Shown in pieces: positions 19,660 through 30,609 of a stretch of DNA of 64,000 nt. A program made the position numbers and the translations under genes. The DNA comes from an uncultured delta proteobacterium (GTDB lineage Bacteria > Desulfobacterota > Desulfomonilia > UBA1062), in contig CAWAUM010000001.1 in NCBI GenBank assembly GCA_963785235.1, positions 384,001 to 448,000 of the forward strand. Direction: 5' to 3'. The notes beneath the pieces were generated by a model. It did no database searches. It worked only from the letters and a program-made list of their open reading frames with translations, and was not told where the DNA came from. Each line of letters begins with the position of its first letter. The first letter of the stretch is position 1.

Positions 19660-20667
19660 TTATGCCTCGTCTTCCCAGTCTTCGTCTTCTTCTATCTCCA
19701 GACGCATGAGCTCGCTCACGGTCTCCACGATGCCGTCCGCATCGAACTTGTAGAAGTGGTAGAGGTCTTCGGGGTAGCCGACGATGGCATAGCAGTCCGG
19801 GACGCCGAGCTTTCTGAAGGCGCAGGCCTTGCCGCTCTCCACGATGACTTCGGCCACGGCCGAGCCGAGGCCGCCCATGATGTTGTGATCCTCCACCGTG
19901 ATGATGCGCCTCGTATCCTTGACCGCCTGGATGATTGCGTCACGGTCGATGGGCTTGATGGTGTGCATGTTGATGACGCGTGCTGAGAGGCCCTGCCGGT
20001 CGAGCAGCTCTGCCGCGCGTACCGCCTGCAGGACACCTACGCCGCAGGCGATGATGGTGACATCCTTGCCCTCGTGCATGGTAATGGCCTTGCCGATCTC
20101 ATAGCCATAGTCCGGTGTCTTGTTTACCGGGGGCTCGAATCCCCTGCCGATGCGGATGTATACGGGCCCGGGCCATTCCATGGCCGCAGCAACGGCATTG
20201 CCTGTCTCCATCCCGTCGGAAGGGACGATGACGGTCATGTTCGCAAACGAGCGCATGACCGCAATGTCCTCGGTGCAGTGATGGGTGGAACCCGCCTGTC
20301 CGAAGGAGATCCCTGCATGGGTGGCGATGATCTTTACCCCCAGGTTCTGGTAGCAGATGTCGGTGCGCACCTGCTCGGCGCACCTCAGCGATGCGAAGGC
20401 CGCAAAGGTCGAGACTACGGGCTTAAAACCCGCCAGGGCGAGACCGGCGGCCATGCCGAACATGGTGTTTTCGGCGATGCCGACATTGATGAACCGCTCC
20501 GGATACTTCTTTCCGAAACGCCCGATTTTTGTGGAGCTGGCCAGATCCGCGGTGAGAGCCACGATATCGGGATACCTGTCCCCGAGCTGGGAGAGCACCT
20601 CGCCGTATACTTCCGCCTGGGTGAGCTTGTCACCATCCGTTACCGACCATGTCATACCTTCAGCCAT
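19660..20667 (-). CDS. Split transketolase-like protein, C-terminal (pyrimidine-binding) subunit
   Basis: TADLASST, NVGIAE, GSTHH, PVYIRIGR, TIKPID, EDHNIMGGLGSAV. Start at 20667 after AAGGAGG. Confidence 0.93.
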   Translation of the reverse strand: MAEGMTWSVTDGDKLTQAEVYGEVLSQLGDRYPDIVALTADLASSTKIGRFGKKYPERFINVGIAENTMFGMAAGLALAGFKPVVSTFAAFASLRCAEQVRTDICYQNLGVKIIATHAGISFGQAGSTHHCTEDIAVMRSFANMTVIVPSDGMETGNAVAAAMEWPGPVYIRIGRGFEPPVNKTPDYGYEIGKAITMHEGKDVTIIACGVGVLQAVRAAELLDRQGLSARVINMHTIKPIDRDAIIQAVKDTRRIITVEDHNIMGGLGSAVAEVIVESGKACAFRKLGVPDCYAIVGYPEDLYHFYKFDADGIVETVSELMRLEIEEDEDWEDEA

Positions 20668-20677
20668 ATGCGCCTCC

Positions 20678-21526
20678 TTAACCGAGCAATCCGGAGTAAT
20701 GTTTATCAATGCATGCCAGTGCCTGATCCCTCAAGTCGGAATTCAACCCGCCATAATGCCACTGCGCCTGGCCTTCCATGAGGTCCACACATTTGCCTTT
20801 TACTGTTTTGCAGATGATGACCGTGGGCTTTCCCTTGATGGCCTGGGCCTTTTCTATTGCCTCGCCGATAGCGGCAAAGTCGTGTCCTTCGATGACAAGG
20901 GTTTCCCAGCCGAATGCCTTGAATTTCCCATCAATGGGTTCCAGGGTGGTGATCTTTTCGGTAAGGCCGTCGATCATGAGATTGTTCCGGTCGATGAAGG
21001 CAGTGAGGTTGTCGAGCTTGTGGTGACCGGCCAGGATTGCCGCCTCCCACACCGTGCCTTCGCAGAGCTCGCCGTCGCCCATCATACAAAAGGTGCGGAA
21101 ATCCTTCTTTTTCAAGCGGGCTCCCAGCGCCAGCCCCACGGCAATGGCGAGGCCGTGGCCCAGAGAGCCGGTGGAGGCATCGCACCCCTTGACCTTGAGG
21201 CTGTCCAGGTGCATGCCGAATGGGCTGCCGGTCTTGTTGAAGTTCTTCAAGAGGGCCTTGTCAAAGTACCCCTTGTCACCCAGCACGGTCGCCCATCCTA
21301 TGCCTCCATGTCCCTTGCTCAGGATGAACCGGTCGCGGTCTTCCCATTCGGGTCTGGTTGGATCAATGTTGAGGTATTTGTAGTAGAGCGCTACAAGCAC
21401 GTCGGTCTGGGAAAGCGATCCGCCGATGTGCGACCCCCCGCAGGTAAAGGTGGTTTCAACGATGGCCTTTCTGATCTCCCATGCCTTTTTCGTAAGTCCT
21501 TTTATCTCTTCTTGCGTAAGCGGCAT
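20678..21526 (-). CDS. Split transketolase-like protein, N-terminal ThDP-binding subunit
   Basis: SHIGGSLS, DRFILSKGH, STGSLGHG, GDGE...N, TVKGK. Start at 21526 after AGGAGG. Confidence 0.93.
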   Translation of the reverse strand: MPLTQEEIKGLTKKAWEIRKAIVETTFTCGGSHIGGSLSQTDVLVALYYKYLNIDPTRPEWEDRDRFILSKGHGGIGWATVLGDKGYFDKALLKNFNKTGSPFGMHLDSLKVKGCDASTGSLGHGLAIAVGLALGARLKKKDFRTFCMMGDGELCEGTVWEAAILAGHHKLDNLTAFIDRNNLMIDGLTEKITTLEPIDGKFKAFGWETLVIEGHDFAAIGEAIEKAQAIKGKPTVIICKTVKGKCVDLMEGQAQWHYGGLNSDLRDQALACIDKHYSGLLG

Positions 21527-21551
21527 CCCAACCTCCTTCACGTGATTATCT

Positions 21552-22841
21552 TTAAAAGGCCCAGTGCCGGACCTTGTTCACGACCTTCTCGATGGTGTTC
21601 AGCACCACGAGCGGGACGTCCCTGGGGTCGAACAGGGGAGAAGGCATGCCGAAGACAAAGGGCAGTACGGCGGTGAGCTGTACGGCCCCGATGGGGCAGC
21701 CCTTCACCCGTTTGATGCGCCCGGCGTTGATCGTCCCTTTCACCTCGGTGCAGTCGCCGATGAGCAGGCAGACCCCGCCATTGGCATCAACATCCCCTTC
21801 ATAGATGCCGGTGACGATGGCGCCGGGTTTTGCCTTTTTCAAGGAGCCGGGACGGCGCGCATCGATGGTGCCCAGGCTGCCTTTTACCGCGGCCATGCAC
21901 CCGCCGTAACAGATCTGATTCGTGTTCGGGCCGATGCCCTCATAGAAGTTAATCGGCGTGTCCAGCTTCTGCATGTCCTGAAACTCGCTCACGATCCCGG
22001 AGGTTCTCCCCGCAAGCTCGGCGATGCCGATATCCCCCAGGATCTTTACGGATGCGGGATCGATGGACCCATAGCCCCGCTCGGATGCAATCCGCAAATG
22101 GTGGACATCCTCAGGTCTATACCCGAGGATCTGGGCCGCAACGACGTCGGAGGCTATTGGGTCATTGCTGATCATGATCAGCCCCAGGTGGAAAGGCTTG
22201 GCGCAGGATTCAAAGCCGTGGCCGATGGTCACGGCATCGGTGACGATGAGGTCCGGATAGCCCATCTCCAGGATGTCCACGATCTTCTCGTTCAGACGGT
22301 CGTCGTGATAGAGCATGCGCTCCTTGTGGAGCAGGCTGCCGATATTGAGCTTGAGCGCATTGGTGATCTCGCAGCAGATATGGTACTTGAGCTTGGGCAT
22401 CCAGATCTTGAAATCCGACTCATGGATAAGCCGCGGGCAGAGGAGCGTCTTGTGGAACTTGGCCCTCTTCATCTGCACCTTCACGTACTTGTCTTCATTG
22501 AAGTCGATGATGGGGACCTGGTGCTTCTGTCCCATGGCATAGTAACCGGACTCCTTGAAGTTCAGGCGCGTGGGGATGGCAAAACCGCCTGATTCACCGA
22601 CCGTAAGATCCGTGACCATGGGAAACGCCCGCACCTGATCCACCACCGTGCCCACAAGGTCGGGGTGGGTGAAGGCATACTGCGAGTAGTTCTTATTGGC
22701 AAAGACCACATTGGGTTTGATGAGCACCTTGCCTTTTGGTTTTTGGCCGAGCAGCTCGAAACCCTCCTGAACAACCTTGTGCATTGCTGAGGGATTGTAC
22801 GCATCAACCCTGCGCAGTAAAACCCATCGTTCCTTTGGCAT
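21552..22841 (-). CDS. DUF362-family Fe-S protein
   Basis: VLIKPN, THP, VGES, PKLKYH, ALKLNIG, DPIASD; C-terminal CYGGC, GDC, GCP. Confidence 0.85.
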   Translation of the reverse strand: MPKERWVLLRRVDAYNPSAMHKVVQEGFELLGQKPKGKVLIKPNVVFANKNYSQYAFTHPDLVGTVVDQVRAFPMVTDLTVGESGGFAIPTRLNFKESGYYAMGQKHQVPIIDFNEDKYVKVQMKRAKFHKTLLCPRLIHESDFKIWMPKLKYHICCEITNALKLNIGSLLHKERMLYHDDRLNEKIVDILEMGYPDLIVTDAVTIGHGFESCAKPFHLGLIMISNDPIASDVVAAQILGYRPEDVHHLRIASERGYGSIDPASVKILGDIGIAELAGRTSGIVSEFQDMQKLDTPINFYEGIGPNTNQICYGGCMAAVKGSLGTIDARRPGSLKKAKPGAIVTGIYEGDVDANGGVCLLIGDCTEVKGTINAGRIKRVKGCPIGAVQLTAVLPFVFGMPSPLFDPRDVPLVVLNTIEKVVNKVRHWAF

Positions 22842-22906
22842 GTCCCCTCCCTTTTCTCTCCCTAAGTCAGGGGTGATGGATGACCGGGGAATTCTTAGTT
22901 AATACC

Positions 22907-23737
22907 TCAGGCCCCCATTTTCTTGCGCGTTATCCAGATAACAATATCAGATGTCATCCGGGTAAGCCACCCGTTGCTCAACCGGTGCAGGAGATACAGG
23001 AAGCGGGTGGAGGCCCCGGGTATAAACAGATACTTTTCCTTGGCCACGGCCTTCACGATAACCTCTGCCGCATATTCCGGAGTCAGGAATCCGCCCAGGC
23101 CCTTTACGGCCCGGCCTTCGGCCGGCAGCGTCTTGGCCTCGTCCAGGTTCATGGGGGTGTCGACCTCGGGCGGGCAGATGACCGTGATTTTCATTCCCAG
23201 AGGCTTCAACTCATAGCGCAGGCTGTCTGATAAACCCAGCAGTGCGGCCTTTGAAGTGCCATAGGCCGTGTAGCCGAACATCCCGAAGAGGCCCGCGGCC
23301 GAGGAGAGGATCACTATGTGGCCCCTCTTGGATTTCATGGCGTCAAGCAGGGTATGGATCATATTACGGGGTCCGTAGAGATTGATCTTCATCACCTCGT
23401 CGAACATGTCATGGGTGATGTTCTCGAAGTGGTCGGCATACTTGTTGATGCCCGCGCTGCATACGAGGATATCGGGTGCGCCGTATGTTGTAAGGGCGAT
23501 CTTCATCTTTTTTTCAACATCGGCGATGTCCGCCACATCCACGGACAGCGTCCCGATTATCTGCGCCGTACTACGCCGGGATTTATCCATGACCTGGCGT
23601 GCTTCCTGGAGCTTCTGCTCATTCCTTGCGATCAGAAGCAGGTTCGCACCCTTTTGGGCGAATATCTTTCCCATCTCCAGCCCGATCCCGCTGGAACCGC
23701 CGGTGATGTATATCAATTTGCCCTCGAAGTTTTTCAT
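22907..23737 (-). CDS. SDR oxidoreductase, 3-ketodihydrosphingosine reductase-like
   Basis: ITGGSSGIG, SSAAG..GMFGYTAYGTSK, PPEVDTP..DEAKTLPAE. Start at 23737 after GGAG. Confidence 0.8.
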   Translation of the reverse strand: MKNFEGKLIYITGGSSGIGLEMGKIFAQKGANLLLIARNEQKLQEARQVMDKSRRSTAQIIGTLSVDVADIADVEKKMKIALTTYGAPDILVCSAGINKYADHFENITHDMFDEVMKINLYGPRNMIHTLLDAMKSKRGHIVILSSAAGLFGMFGYTAYGTSKAALLGLSDSLRYELKPLGMKITVICPPEVDTPMNLDEAKTLPAEGRAVKGLGGFLTPEYAAEVIVKAVAKEKYLFIPGASTRFLYLLHRLSNGWLTRMTSDIVIWITRKKMGA

Positions 23738-23858
23738 GGCTGTTACTCCATCCCCATCTGTGACACCCGGACCATCCAGGTTTGCCATCATTTGCGCCAA
23801 GGGTTCAGCATGTGATGCCCCTGTATACCTTACATGCGGAAGGAAGACCCATTGAAAG

Positions 23859-23874
23859 GGTAACACCGTTGACC
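23859..23874. promoter_or_regulatory. Possible TetR operator
   Basis: Imperfect palindrome GGTAAC-ACC-GTTGACC between tetR and the SDR gene. Confidence 0.3.
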
Positions 23875-23944
23875 TTAAAAAACAAGCAAGATTTCCTCCA
23901 AAAGTACCGCATCAGTAACGGGTATATGAAAAACACTGTCCTCC

Positions 23945-24574
23945 TCAGGTAAACGGCCGCAGCACCTCTTCGAGGATTCGCTCCATGGCGCCTTCAAGAT
24001 CCCATACCTCGAGCGTGACCCTGCTGATGTAAAGCGAGACCATGCCGTGCAGAGTGCTCCAGACATGCAGCAGGCGGTATGGTACCTCATCAGTGCTTAT
24101 GCGCCCGTTATACAAAGCGACCTCGGTGATGATTGCGGTGCCTATCTCGGCTACCTGCAAGGCAATTCTATTCTGCTGGTCGGCAACCCCTTCCATCTTT
24201 GTGCCCACATAGTCGGCATACTTCGGGGTATCCATGCTGAACATGATATTGTAGTAGTGCTTGTTCTCGATCCCCCAGCGCACATAGGCATGGACGGCTG
24301 AACGCATCTTTTCAACGGGATTTTCCGAAGAGAGGTACGCGGTGCGGAACTGTTCCGAGAGCTCCTGGAAGCCCTTGGTCAACGCCATCAGATAGAGCTC
24401 ATCCTTGTTGGAATAGTAGTTGTATATCGTCTTTGCCGTGAACCCAAGCCGCAAGGCGAGCTTGCGCATACTGAGGTTGGCATAGCCGTCTTTATTGATG
24501 ATGAACAGGGCCTCCTTGAGGATGCGTTCGCGGATAGCCTCCACAACCTCGGGCCGGGCCGGTGCCTTGGGCAT
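23945..24574 (-). CDS. TetR/AcrR-family regulator (WHG-like C-terminus)
   Basis: LSMRKLA.RLGFTAKTIYNYYSNKDEL; WSTLHG. Confidence 0.92.
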   Translation of the reverse strand: MPKAPARPEVVEAIRERILKEALFIINKDGYANLSMRKLALRLGFTAKTIYNYYSNKDELYLMALTKGFQELSEQFRTAYLSSENPVEKMRSAVHAYVRWGIENKHYYNIMFSMDTPKYADYVGTKMEGVADQQNRIALQVAEIGTAIITEVALYNGRISTDEVPYRLLHVWSTLHGMVSLYISRVTLEVWDLEGAMERILEEVLRPFT

Positions 24575-24636
24575 GCTGTCTCCTTGATGCTCTTCTTTTA
24601 TATATAGCGGTGCTGAATTTCAAACAATGGTTTAAC

Positions 24637-25125
24637 TCAATCCTTCTTGACAGCATTCACCTTTGTCACCCTGAAGGCCTTTTCTAAATCTTGCGGTTTA
24701 AGCTCTACCATGAAACCCCTCTTGCCGCCATTGATGAAGATGCGGTCCAGTTCGAATATCGTGGATTCTCCATATACCGGCAGACTGGTGCGGGTGCCGA
24801 AGGGGCTGATGCCGCCTACCATGTAGCCTGAATATCGGTTGGCATCTTTTTCATCACAAGGCTCGACCCGTTTCACCTTGAGCTGCCGGGCAAGCTGCTT
24901 GGTGGATACCTCACAGTCGCCATGCATGAGCATTATGAAAGGCTTCTTATCATCTGATTCCATGATGAGGGTCTTGATCACCTGGTGTTCAGGAATGAGA
25001 AAATATTCGGATACATGGTGGGTGCCGCCATGTTCCACAAAGGGGTAGAGGTGTGGGATGAATTCAATCTTCTTGTTACGTAACAAACGGATAGCCTGAG
25101 TGATTGGGTAGTCCGGCCTCGTCAT
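24637..25125 (-). CDS. ybaK: Cys-tRNA(Pro) deacylase
   Basis: VIKTLI, GYMVGGISPFG, INGGKRG. Confidence 0.9.
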   Translation of the reverse strand: MTRPDYPITQAIRLLRNKKIEFIPHLYPFVEHGGTHHVSEYFLIPEHQVIKTLIMESDDKKPFIMLMHGDCEVSTKQLARQLKVKRVEPCDEKDANRYSGYMVGGISPFGTRTSLPVYGESTIFELDRIFINGGKRGFMVELKPQDLEKAFRVTKVNAVKKD

Positions 25126-25228
25126 TATCGAAGTTGCCCCCTGTCAGATACTATCTGTACAGGCACCAAAGACATTATTCGACAGCAGTGTTTAAAGGCT
25201 TGGAAGTGCATGGGTTTGAAGAAATGCC

Positions 25229-26659
25229 TCAGCGTGTCTTCACCTGTACATACGTACTCTGAGCGCTCCTATGATCCAGAGCCAGAAACACCGCTTCTTG
25301 GCCGGGTTGGAGCACGCTGACAATCCCCGCAAAGTCCTCCACGCCATGAATCGACTGGCCGTCGATTTCCAGGATGATATCTCCCAGTTCAAAACCCACT
25401 TCTGCCATGGGGCCTTTCGAGTCGAGCCATTTCACAGCCACACCCATATCGATCCCGTAGTTGTCCGCTTCCTGAGACCTGACAGGTCTTATCTCAATAC
25501 CGAGGCGTTCTTTAACTACAGTAGAGAGGTATTTCAGAGAGTCATCCATGTCTCCAACCACGATTTTGACATCAAATTCTTTGTTGCCTCTCAGAACAGC
25601 CGACTGGAGGGTTGTGCCGATGTGTGTTGTGGCCACCTGGTTTCGCAGCGATCCCGAATCTTTTACCTCTTTGCCCATTATATTCACGATGATGTCGCCC
25701 TTCTTCAAGCCGGCCTTGTCGGCAGGCCCGTCTTTGACTACATCGACAACAAAGGCGCCTGTGGTCAATCCCATCTTAAGGGATTTCGCCTTTTCCTGGT
25801 CCAGGTCCTGGATGGTGACGCCTATCCATCCCCTTTTGACCTTGCCATAAGCAATAAGTGCCTTTGAGATGGAAATGGCGAAATTGCTGGGGATGGCAAA
25901 ACCGATCCCTTCATACCCTCCGGACTCAGAGGCGATTATTGAGTTGATGCCGATGACCTCCCCCTTGAGGTTGATGAGCGGTCCTCCGCTGTTGCCGGGG
26001 TTAATGGCGGCATCGGTCTGGAGGAAGTCCTGGTATGAACTGGGGTCTGTGATACCCTGGCGGTGTTTGGCGCTGATAATGCCCTGGGTTACGGTCTGGT
26101 CGAGTCCTCGAGGGTGGCCTATGGCCACAACCCACTCTCCGACCTCAACCTTGTCGGAGTCGCCGAGCATGACAAAGGGGAGTTTCGATTCAGGGTTAAT
26201 TCTGATTACGGCAAGGTCGGTCTTAGGGTCTTTCCCTACCATTTTTGCTGCATAGTGTTTCCCGTTTGAGAGGATCACCTTTATATCAGTAGCCTCATCC
26301 ACGACATGGTTGTTTGTGAGGATATTCCCTACCTCATCAATGATAATACCGGTACCAAGCCCCTTGAGTTCTCTCTTGAATTTTTTTTGTGCCTGAGGCT
26401 GTTCGAAGAATGGGGATTGCTGTGGCTCGGTTAATGGAGAATATGGTACGACCTGCTGCTGGGTCACCTCAATGTGCACTACTGAGGGGATAGTGGCCTT
26501 GGCGATCTGCGTGATGATCACCCTGAGATCGTTCGCGAATAAGGGTTTGGGCGATGTGTCCTGGTCAGGTTCGGCTGCGTTCGTTAAGCCGGGCATAAAG
26601 GTGAGGAAGAAGACAAGGGTGATAATTGCCGTGAAACAGGTGCTACAATATTTCCCCAT
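25229..26659 (-). CDS. degP: DegP/HtrA periplasmic serine protease with two PDZ domains
   Basis: Signal peptide; TNNHVV, TDLAV, TDAAINPGNSGGP; two PDZ domains. Confidence 0.93.
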   Translation of the reverse strand: MGKYCSTCFTAIITLVFFLTFMPGLTNAAEPDQDTSPKPLFANDLRVIITQIAKATIPSVVHIEVTQQQVVPYSPLTEPQQSPFFEQPQAQKKFKRELKGLGTGIIIDEVGNILTNNHVVDEATDIKVILSNGKHYAAKMVGKDPKTDLAVIRINPESKLPFVMLGDSDKVEVGEWVVAIGHPRGLDQTVTQGIISAKHRQGITDPSSYQDFLQTDAAINPGNSGGPLINLKGEVIGINSIIASESGGYEGIGFAIPSNFAISISKALIAYGKVKRGWIGVTIQDLDQEKAKSLKMGLTTGAFVVDVVKDGPADKAGLKKGDIIVNIMGKEVKDSGSLRNQVATTHIGTTLQSAVLRGNKEFDVKIVVGDMDDSLKYLSTVVKERLGIEIRPVRSQEADNYGIDMGVAVKWLDSKGPMAEVGFELGDIILEIDGQSIHGVEDFAGIVSVLQPGQEAVFLALDHRSAQSTYVQVKTR

Positions 26660-26864
26660 GGATAAAACCTCCGATCATATCTGGGCATGCACTGGAATGC
26701 ATGGTGTTGCCTTGCTATAGAAAACATCATAGCACTAGGGCGTGCAAAAGCAAGGGGTATATAAGGCAGGTTTTTGCGTTTGAATGAATGTATAAAAACT
26801 CGTATGCGTTTCAGGAGGTCTTAAGCATAAAACTCATAGTGAGCAAGGGATTATTTTTAATAGG

Positions 26865-26950
26865 TCCGTTCAAATCCTTTATCTTGCAGCCTTGAAGGAA
26901 CGAGATACTCAGCATTACACAAAGGCTGCAAGATAAAGGATTTGAACGGA
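26865..26950. repeat. Perfect 29-bp inverted repeat with 28-nt spacer
   Basis: TCCGTTCAAATCCTTTATCTTGCAGCCTT (26865-26893) and its exact reverse complement (26922-26950). Confidence 0.9.
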
Positions 26951-27007
26951 TCAGGTTTTTACGCATCTTGAACTCAAAATCCGGGGTTATATACAATTCC
27001 ATGCCCG

Positions 27008-28137
27008 CTATGAGTTCTTCAGTTGTTGTAATGCGAGCTCAATCTCTTCTTTGAGTTCTCCCTGGCTCTGCCCGAGGAATTTTTTCAGTGCCTCCCGTGC
27101 ATCAGTACCCTTGATGCGGCCCAAGGCCCATGCGATCATGGCACGTACCCTGAAGTCATCATTTTCCTCATAGGCACGCACGAGGTCGGGAACATAACCG
27201 GTATCCAGGCTGTTGCCCATGGCCCGGGCAACATTCATCTTCCAGCGCCACAGGTCTTCGGGCGCCTGATAGAACATGTGGGGCCAGATCTTTGCCATGA
27301 AATAGGCCTTGTCCATGTGCAGCAGTTTTCTCAATTCAAAGTCATCTGCCATTGCCAGCGCCTTCTTGTTCATGGGCAGGTCTTTCCCAAGCCACGGGGT
27401 GTTCCGCGGGCATACATTCTGGCAACGGTCGCACCCATAGACCCACATGCCCATGGGCTCCCTGAGTTCAATGGGGGTCAGCCCGTCTCCAAAATAACTC
27501 AGGTAGGATATGCACCGGCGAGGGATCTATCTTGCGCGGGCCTTTCAGGGCGCCTGTGGGGCAGGCGGAGATGCAGGCGTTTCTGCACCAGTCAGGACAA
27601 GCGACTTCATAGTTCGGTTCATCAGGCTCAAACGTGCGGTCAATAACCAGGGCAACGGGCAGTACCCAGGAGCCTTTGTGGGCAACCTTCCTGGAGTAGA
27701 ACAGGGTGTTCTTGCCGAAGGTCCCAAGGCCGGCCCTGGCCGCAGCTACACGGTGGGGGAGGTGGAAGGGGACCTTTGAGTTGATCCCGTCTTGTGTGAG
27801 AAAAGACCGGAAGGCCTTGATCCGAACGGCCAGGCCGTCTTTGGTGACCCGGTCGTCATCCAGGTAACATCGCCCGAAATGGCGCTCCAGTTGCGAAGGG
27901 AAGGCCTCCCTGAAGTAGGCCTCGATGAGCACTATGATGGATTGGGCGTCCGGGAAGGATGATTTTGGGGTCGGTGCCGGCTACCAGGTCGAGGCCCATC
28001 TTGCCGATCCATCCATACTCCTCCTGCCGCTGGCACAGCAGCTCTTTCTGGGTGTCGAAAGGTTCTGCCGTGGTGAAGCCGATATCTGCAAATCCCAACT
28101 CCAAGGCCTTGTTTATAATATCATCCCTGGTGAGCAT
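27008..28137 (-). CDS. queG: Epoxyqueuosine reductase, split by two frameshifts (~27945, ~27520), probably consensus errors
   Basis: LGFADIG; AARAGLGTFGKN, CPDWCRNACISACPTGAL; WVYGCDRCQNVCP; HEAT-like C-terminus, spread across three frames. Confidence 0.8.
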
Positions 28138-28597
28138 AGAGTTCTCCTTGGCGCTAAAGAAGAAACGATATTCATATCACTCAATGATAGAGGGGAAAGA
28201 CAGTGAGTGTGCAAGTAAAAAACGAGCGCTCGCTCTATTAAACCCATAAACGAGATCAGCTGTCTTAGGATATCTTTTTAGGCAATGCCTTCAATGCCTT
28301 TATATACCTTGGCCTATTGAAGGCCAGAGTGATTCAATAGCCCAGAACCCGTTCAAGGGAAAAGAAGCAAAAGCATAACATTTCATATTGCTAGCATGCC
28401 GGGCGTAAACAGTAATTACCAATGAAAAAGTATCACTATTGAATACCAATTTAATCATTATCATTAATCTTATTCTTATTGTCCGATACCGCTCTTGTGT
28501 TTAATTGGCGATAAATGAATCTGCTGAGCTACTTGAGGTCATGGCTCCACCATGATTAAATTTATAAAGGATCCGTATGGATCCAGGAGGGACAAAG

Positions 28598-30394
28598 ATG
28601 AAGGGATTCAATATAGGTCTGCTACAGAAGTTGATGCTTGGTGGCATGTGTATCCTAATAATACCTCTCATGCTCGTGTCCTACTTTTCCTGTACAAAGG
28701 CCGCTCTATTCCTGGGGACCTTTTCAAAGGAGCATTGAAGGGCCATGGCAGAGCAGTTGGCCGGTTATACGGGAAAGCTCCTTGAGCAGGAACTGAAACT
28801 TGCAAACCAGATAGCCTTCAGACATACCTTATTCAGTCTGCCCTGATACCGGGAAGACAAAGGCGATCAATCGCATTGTTTCATTCGTGAGGAAGGCCTT
28901 AACGAATCAAACCTCTATGTCACGGATATCTCGGGGAATGTCATTGCTGCAGGCACGGCGATTGCAACGACTACCAGAAAGGTCTTTTGCTAAAACTGTG
29001 ACCTTCAAAGCAGTCCAGCAGCTAAGGGCCTGCATTGGTGAAGTGACGAAATCCGCAAATGAAAAAAATACGGTGGTACCTGTTCTTTCTCCCATCGTTT
29101 CTCAGGATGGGCAATTCCAGGGCAGTGTGGTCCTTCTTCTTAAGCTCGATGGACTCATAGATGAGTTTTAAAAACAAGATCTCTAACTGGGATTGCCTTC
29201 ATTATCGATATGACTCTGGATTGTCATTTCGACACCCCAAGGCACAACATATCCTGAAGCTCAACCTGACTACCGTGCCTGATTTAAAAAATATTGTATT
29301 AAAAATGATCGATGGCTCTACCGGGGTTGATGAATAACCGGTTCGAAGGGATAGACAAGATCGCGGGCTTTGCCCCAGTGCACCTCACTGGCTGGGAGCG
29401 TAGCACTACCCAGCCCAACAGTGAATTCCTTTCTCTCACATACATCGTTTTCATTGTCATTATTGCCCTTCCCATGGGTCTCACCATGATCATGGTGTTC
29501 GTCTTTGCCTGGAATATCACCACTCCTTTATCTCTGGGTGTGGCATGTGCAAAAAAGATGGCGCAAGGAGACTTTACCCCGAAGTTCGATATAAAACGAA
29601 CTGATGAAATGGTACCTGGCAGTTGCCTGAAAGAGATAGTAATCGACTGCGTAATCCACGAGTGAAGGTTGCACCGGCCGGTATCAGACCAAGGTGGCGG
29701 CAGGGCCGGGGACATCCCAAAGCCAGACCGGCCAGCATGCTCGCAATAAGCATGGCTATGCCCGTTGCAAGGCTGCAACATCCATCAAACAGAACGCGGC
29801 AAATACCGAGGAAGGTCTTCTCAAGGCAAAGAATACCCTGTCAGCATTGGAGAAGAACATGGAGCTCGGGGGTGACATGAGTTCTTCCATGTGCAGGATT
29901 ATCGGCGGCACGAGTGTATCGAACAGATTATATCCACGGTAAACGAGGTAGCTTTCCAAACCAATCTCCTCGCCCTGAAGATGCCGCAAGAGGCAGCCTT
30001 CCCGGATGAGCCGGCGAGGTATCTGCCACGAGTGGCTGCAGAAGTAAGATCCCTGGGTCAGAAGACAACTATTGCAGCTCAGGAGATCAAAGTTCTTATC
30101 CAGGATACCGGGGAAAGAATCAGTTCGGGAGATACCCTGGTTAAGCAGTCAGGAACATCTTTGAAAGAATGCATGTTCCTCATGAAGGAGCTTACACAAG
30201 CCATTGACGATATCGCTACATCCACCAAGGAACAGGCGAGCGGAGTAGACGAACTGACCAAGGCCATATCCGAGATCGACTCCACCACCCAGAGAAACTC
30301 TGCTATCGTTGAGGAGCCCCCAGAGCGCTGCATAACCCGAAATGGCGACAAAGGATCTATCAGTTATGGTGAAGATATTCAAGGTGAACGCTGA
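28598..30394 (+). pseudogene. Methyl-accepting chemotaxis protein (Cache-HAMP-MCP), heavily disrupted
   Basis: AGGAGG + MKGFNIGLLQKLMLGG TM start; KIAGFAPV..TGW, TM2, AQGDFT; VAFQTNLLAL, VAAEVRSLG, EQASGVDE, TQRNSAIVEE in different frames. Confidence 0.8.
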
Positions 30395-30609
30395 GGAAGC
30401 CTTCGAAATGTCGAACAGGCAGGATTATGATGCCGACACCGACCATATCATGGAACAAAAGAGGAAGAAACATGCCTTCGGATATCATGGAACCAGCATT
30501 GGAGAAATCCAGTGATAAAATAGGGATACAATGACAGGGATAAGCAGAAATACCGCCAAAAACATTCCTCCATCAGACATATCCAACACCTAGTTCTCAT
30601 TATATGCTG

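Noticed and set aside
20357-22592. Long + strand ORFs (439 aa, 342 aa), and similar ones at 53419..54633 and 50471..51115
   Set aside because: They are antisense shadows of well-supported GC-rich minus-strand genes and show no recognisable motifs.
26868-26877. GTTCAAATCC, resembling a tRNA T-loop
   Set aside because: There is no T-stem or cloverleaf; it is part of the 29-bp inverted repeat.
28272-28325. Duplicate of the 3' end of 34484..34741 as an att site of an integrated element
   Set aside because: There is no integrase, and further colinear fragments at 28.86, 29.2 and 29.65 kb are not explained by a single att duplication.
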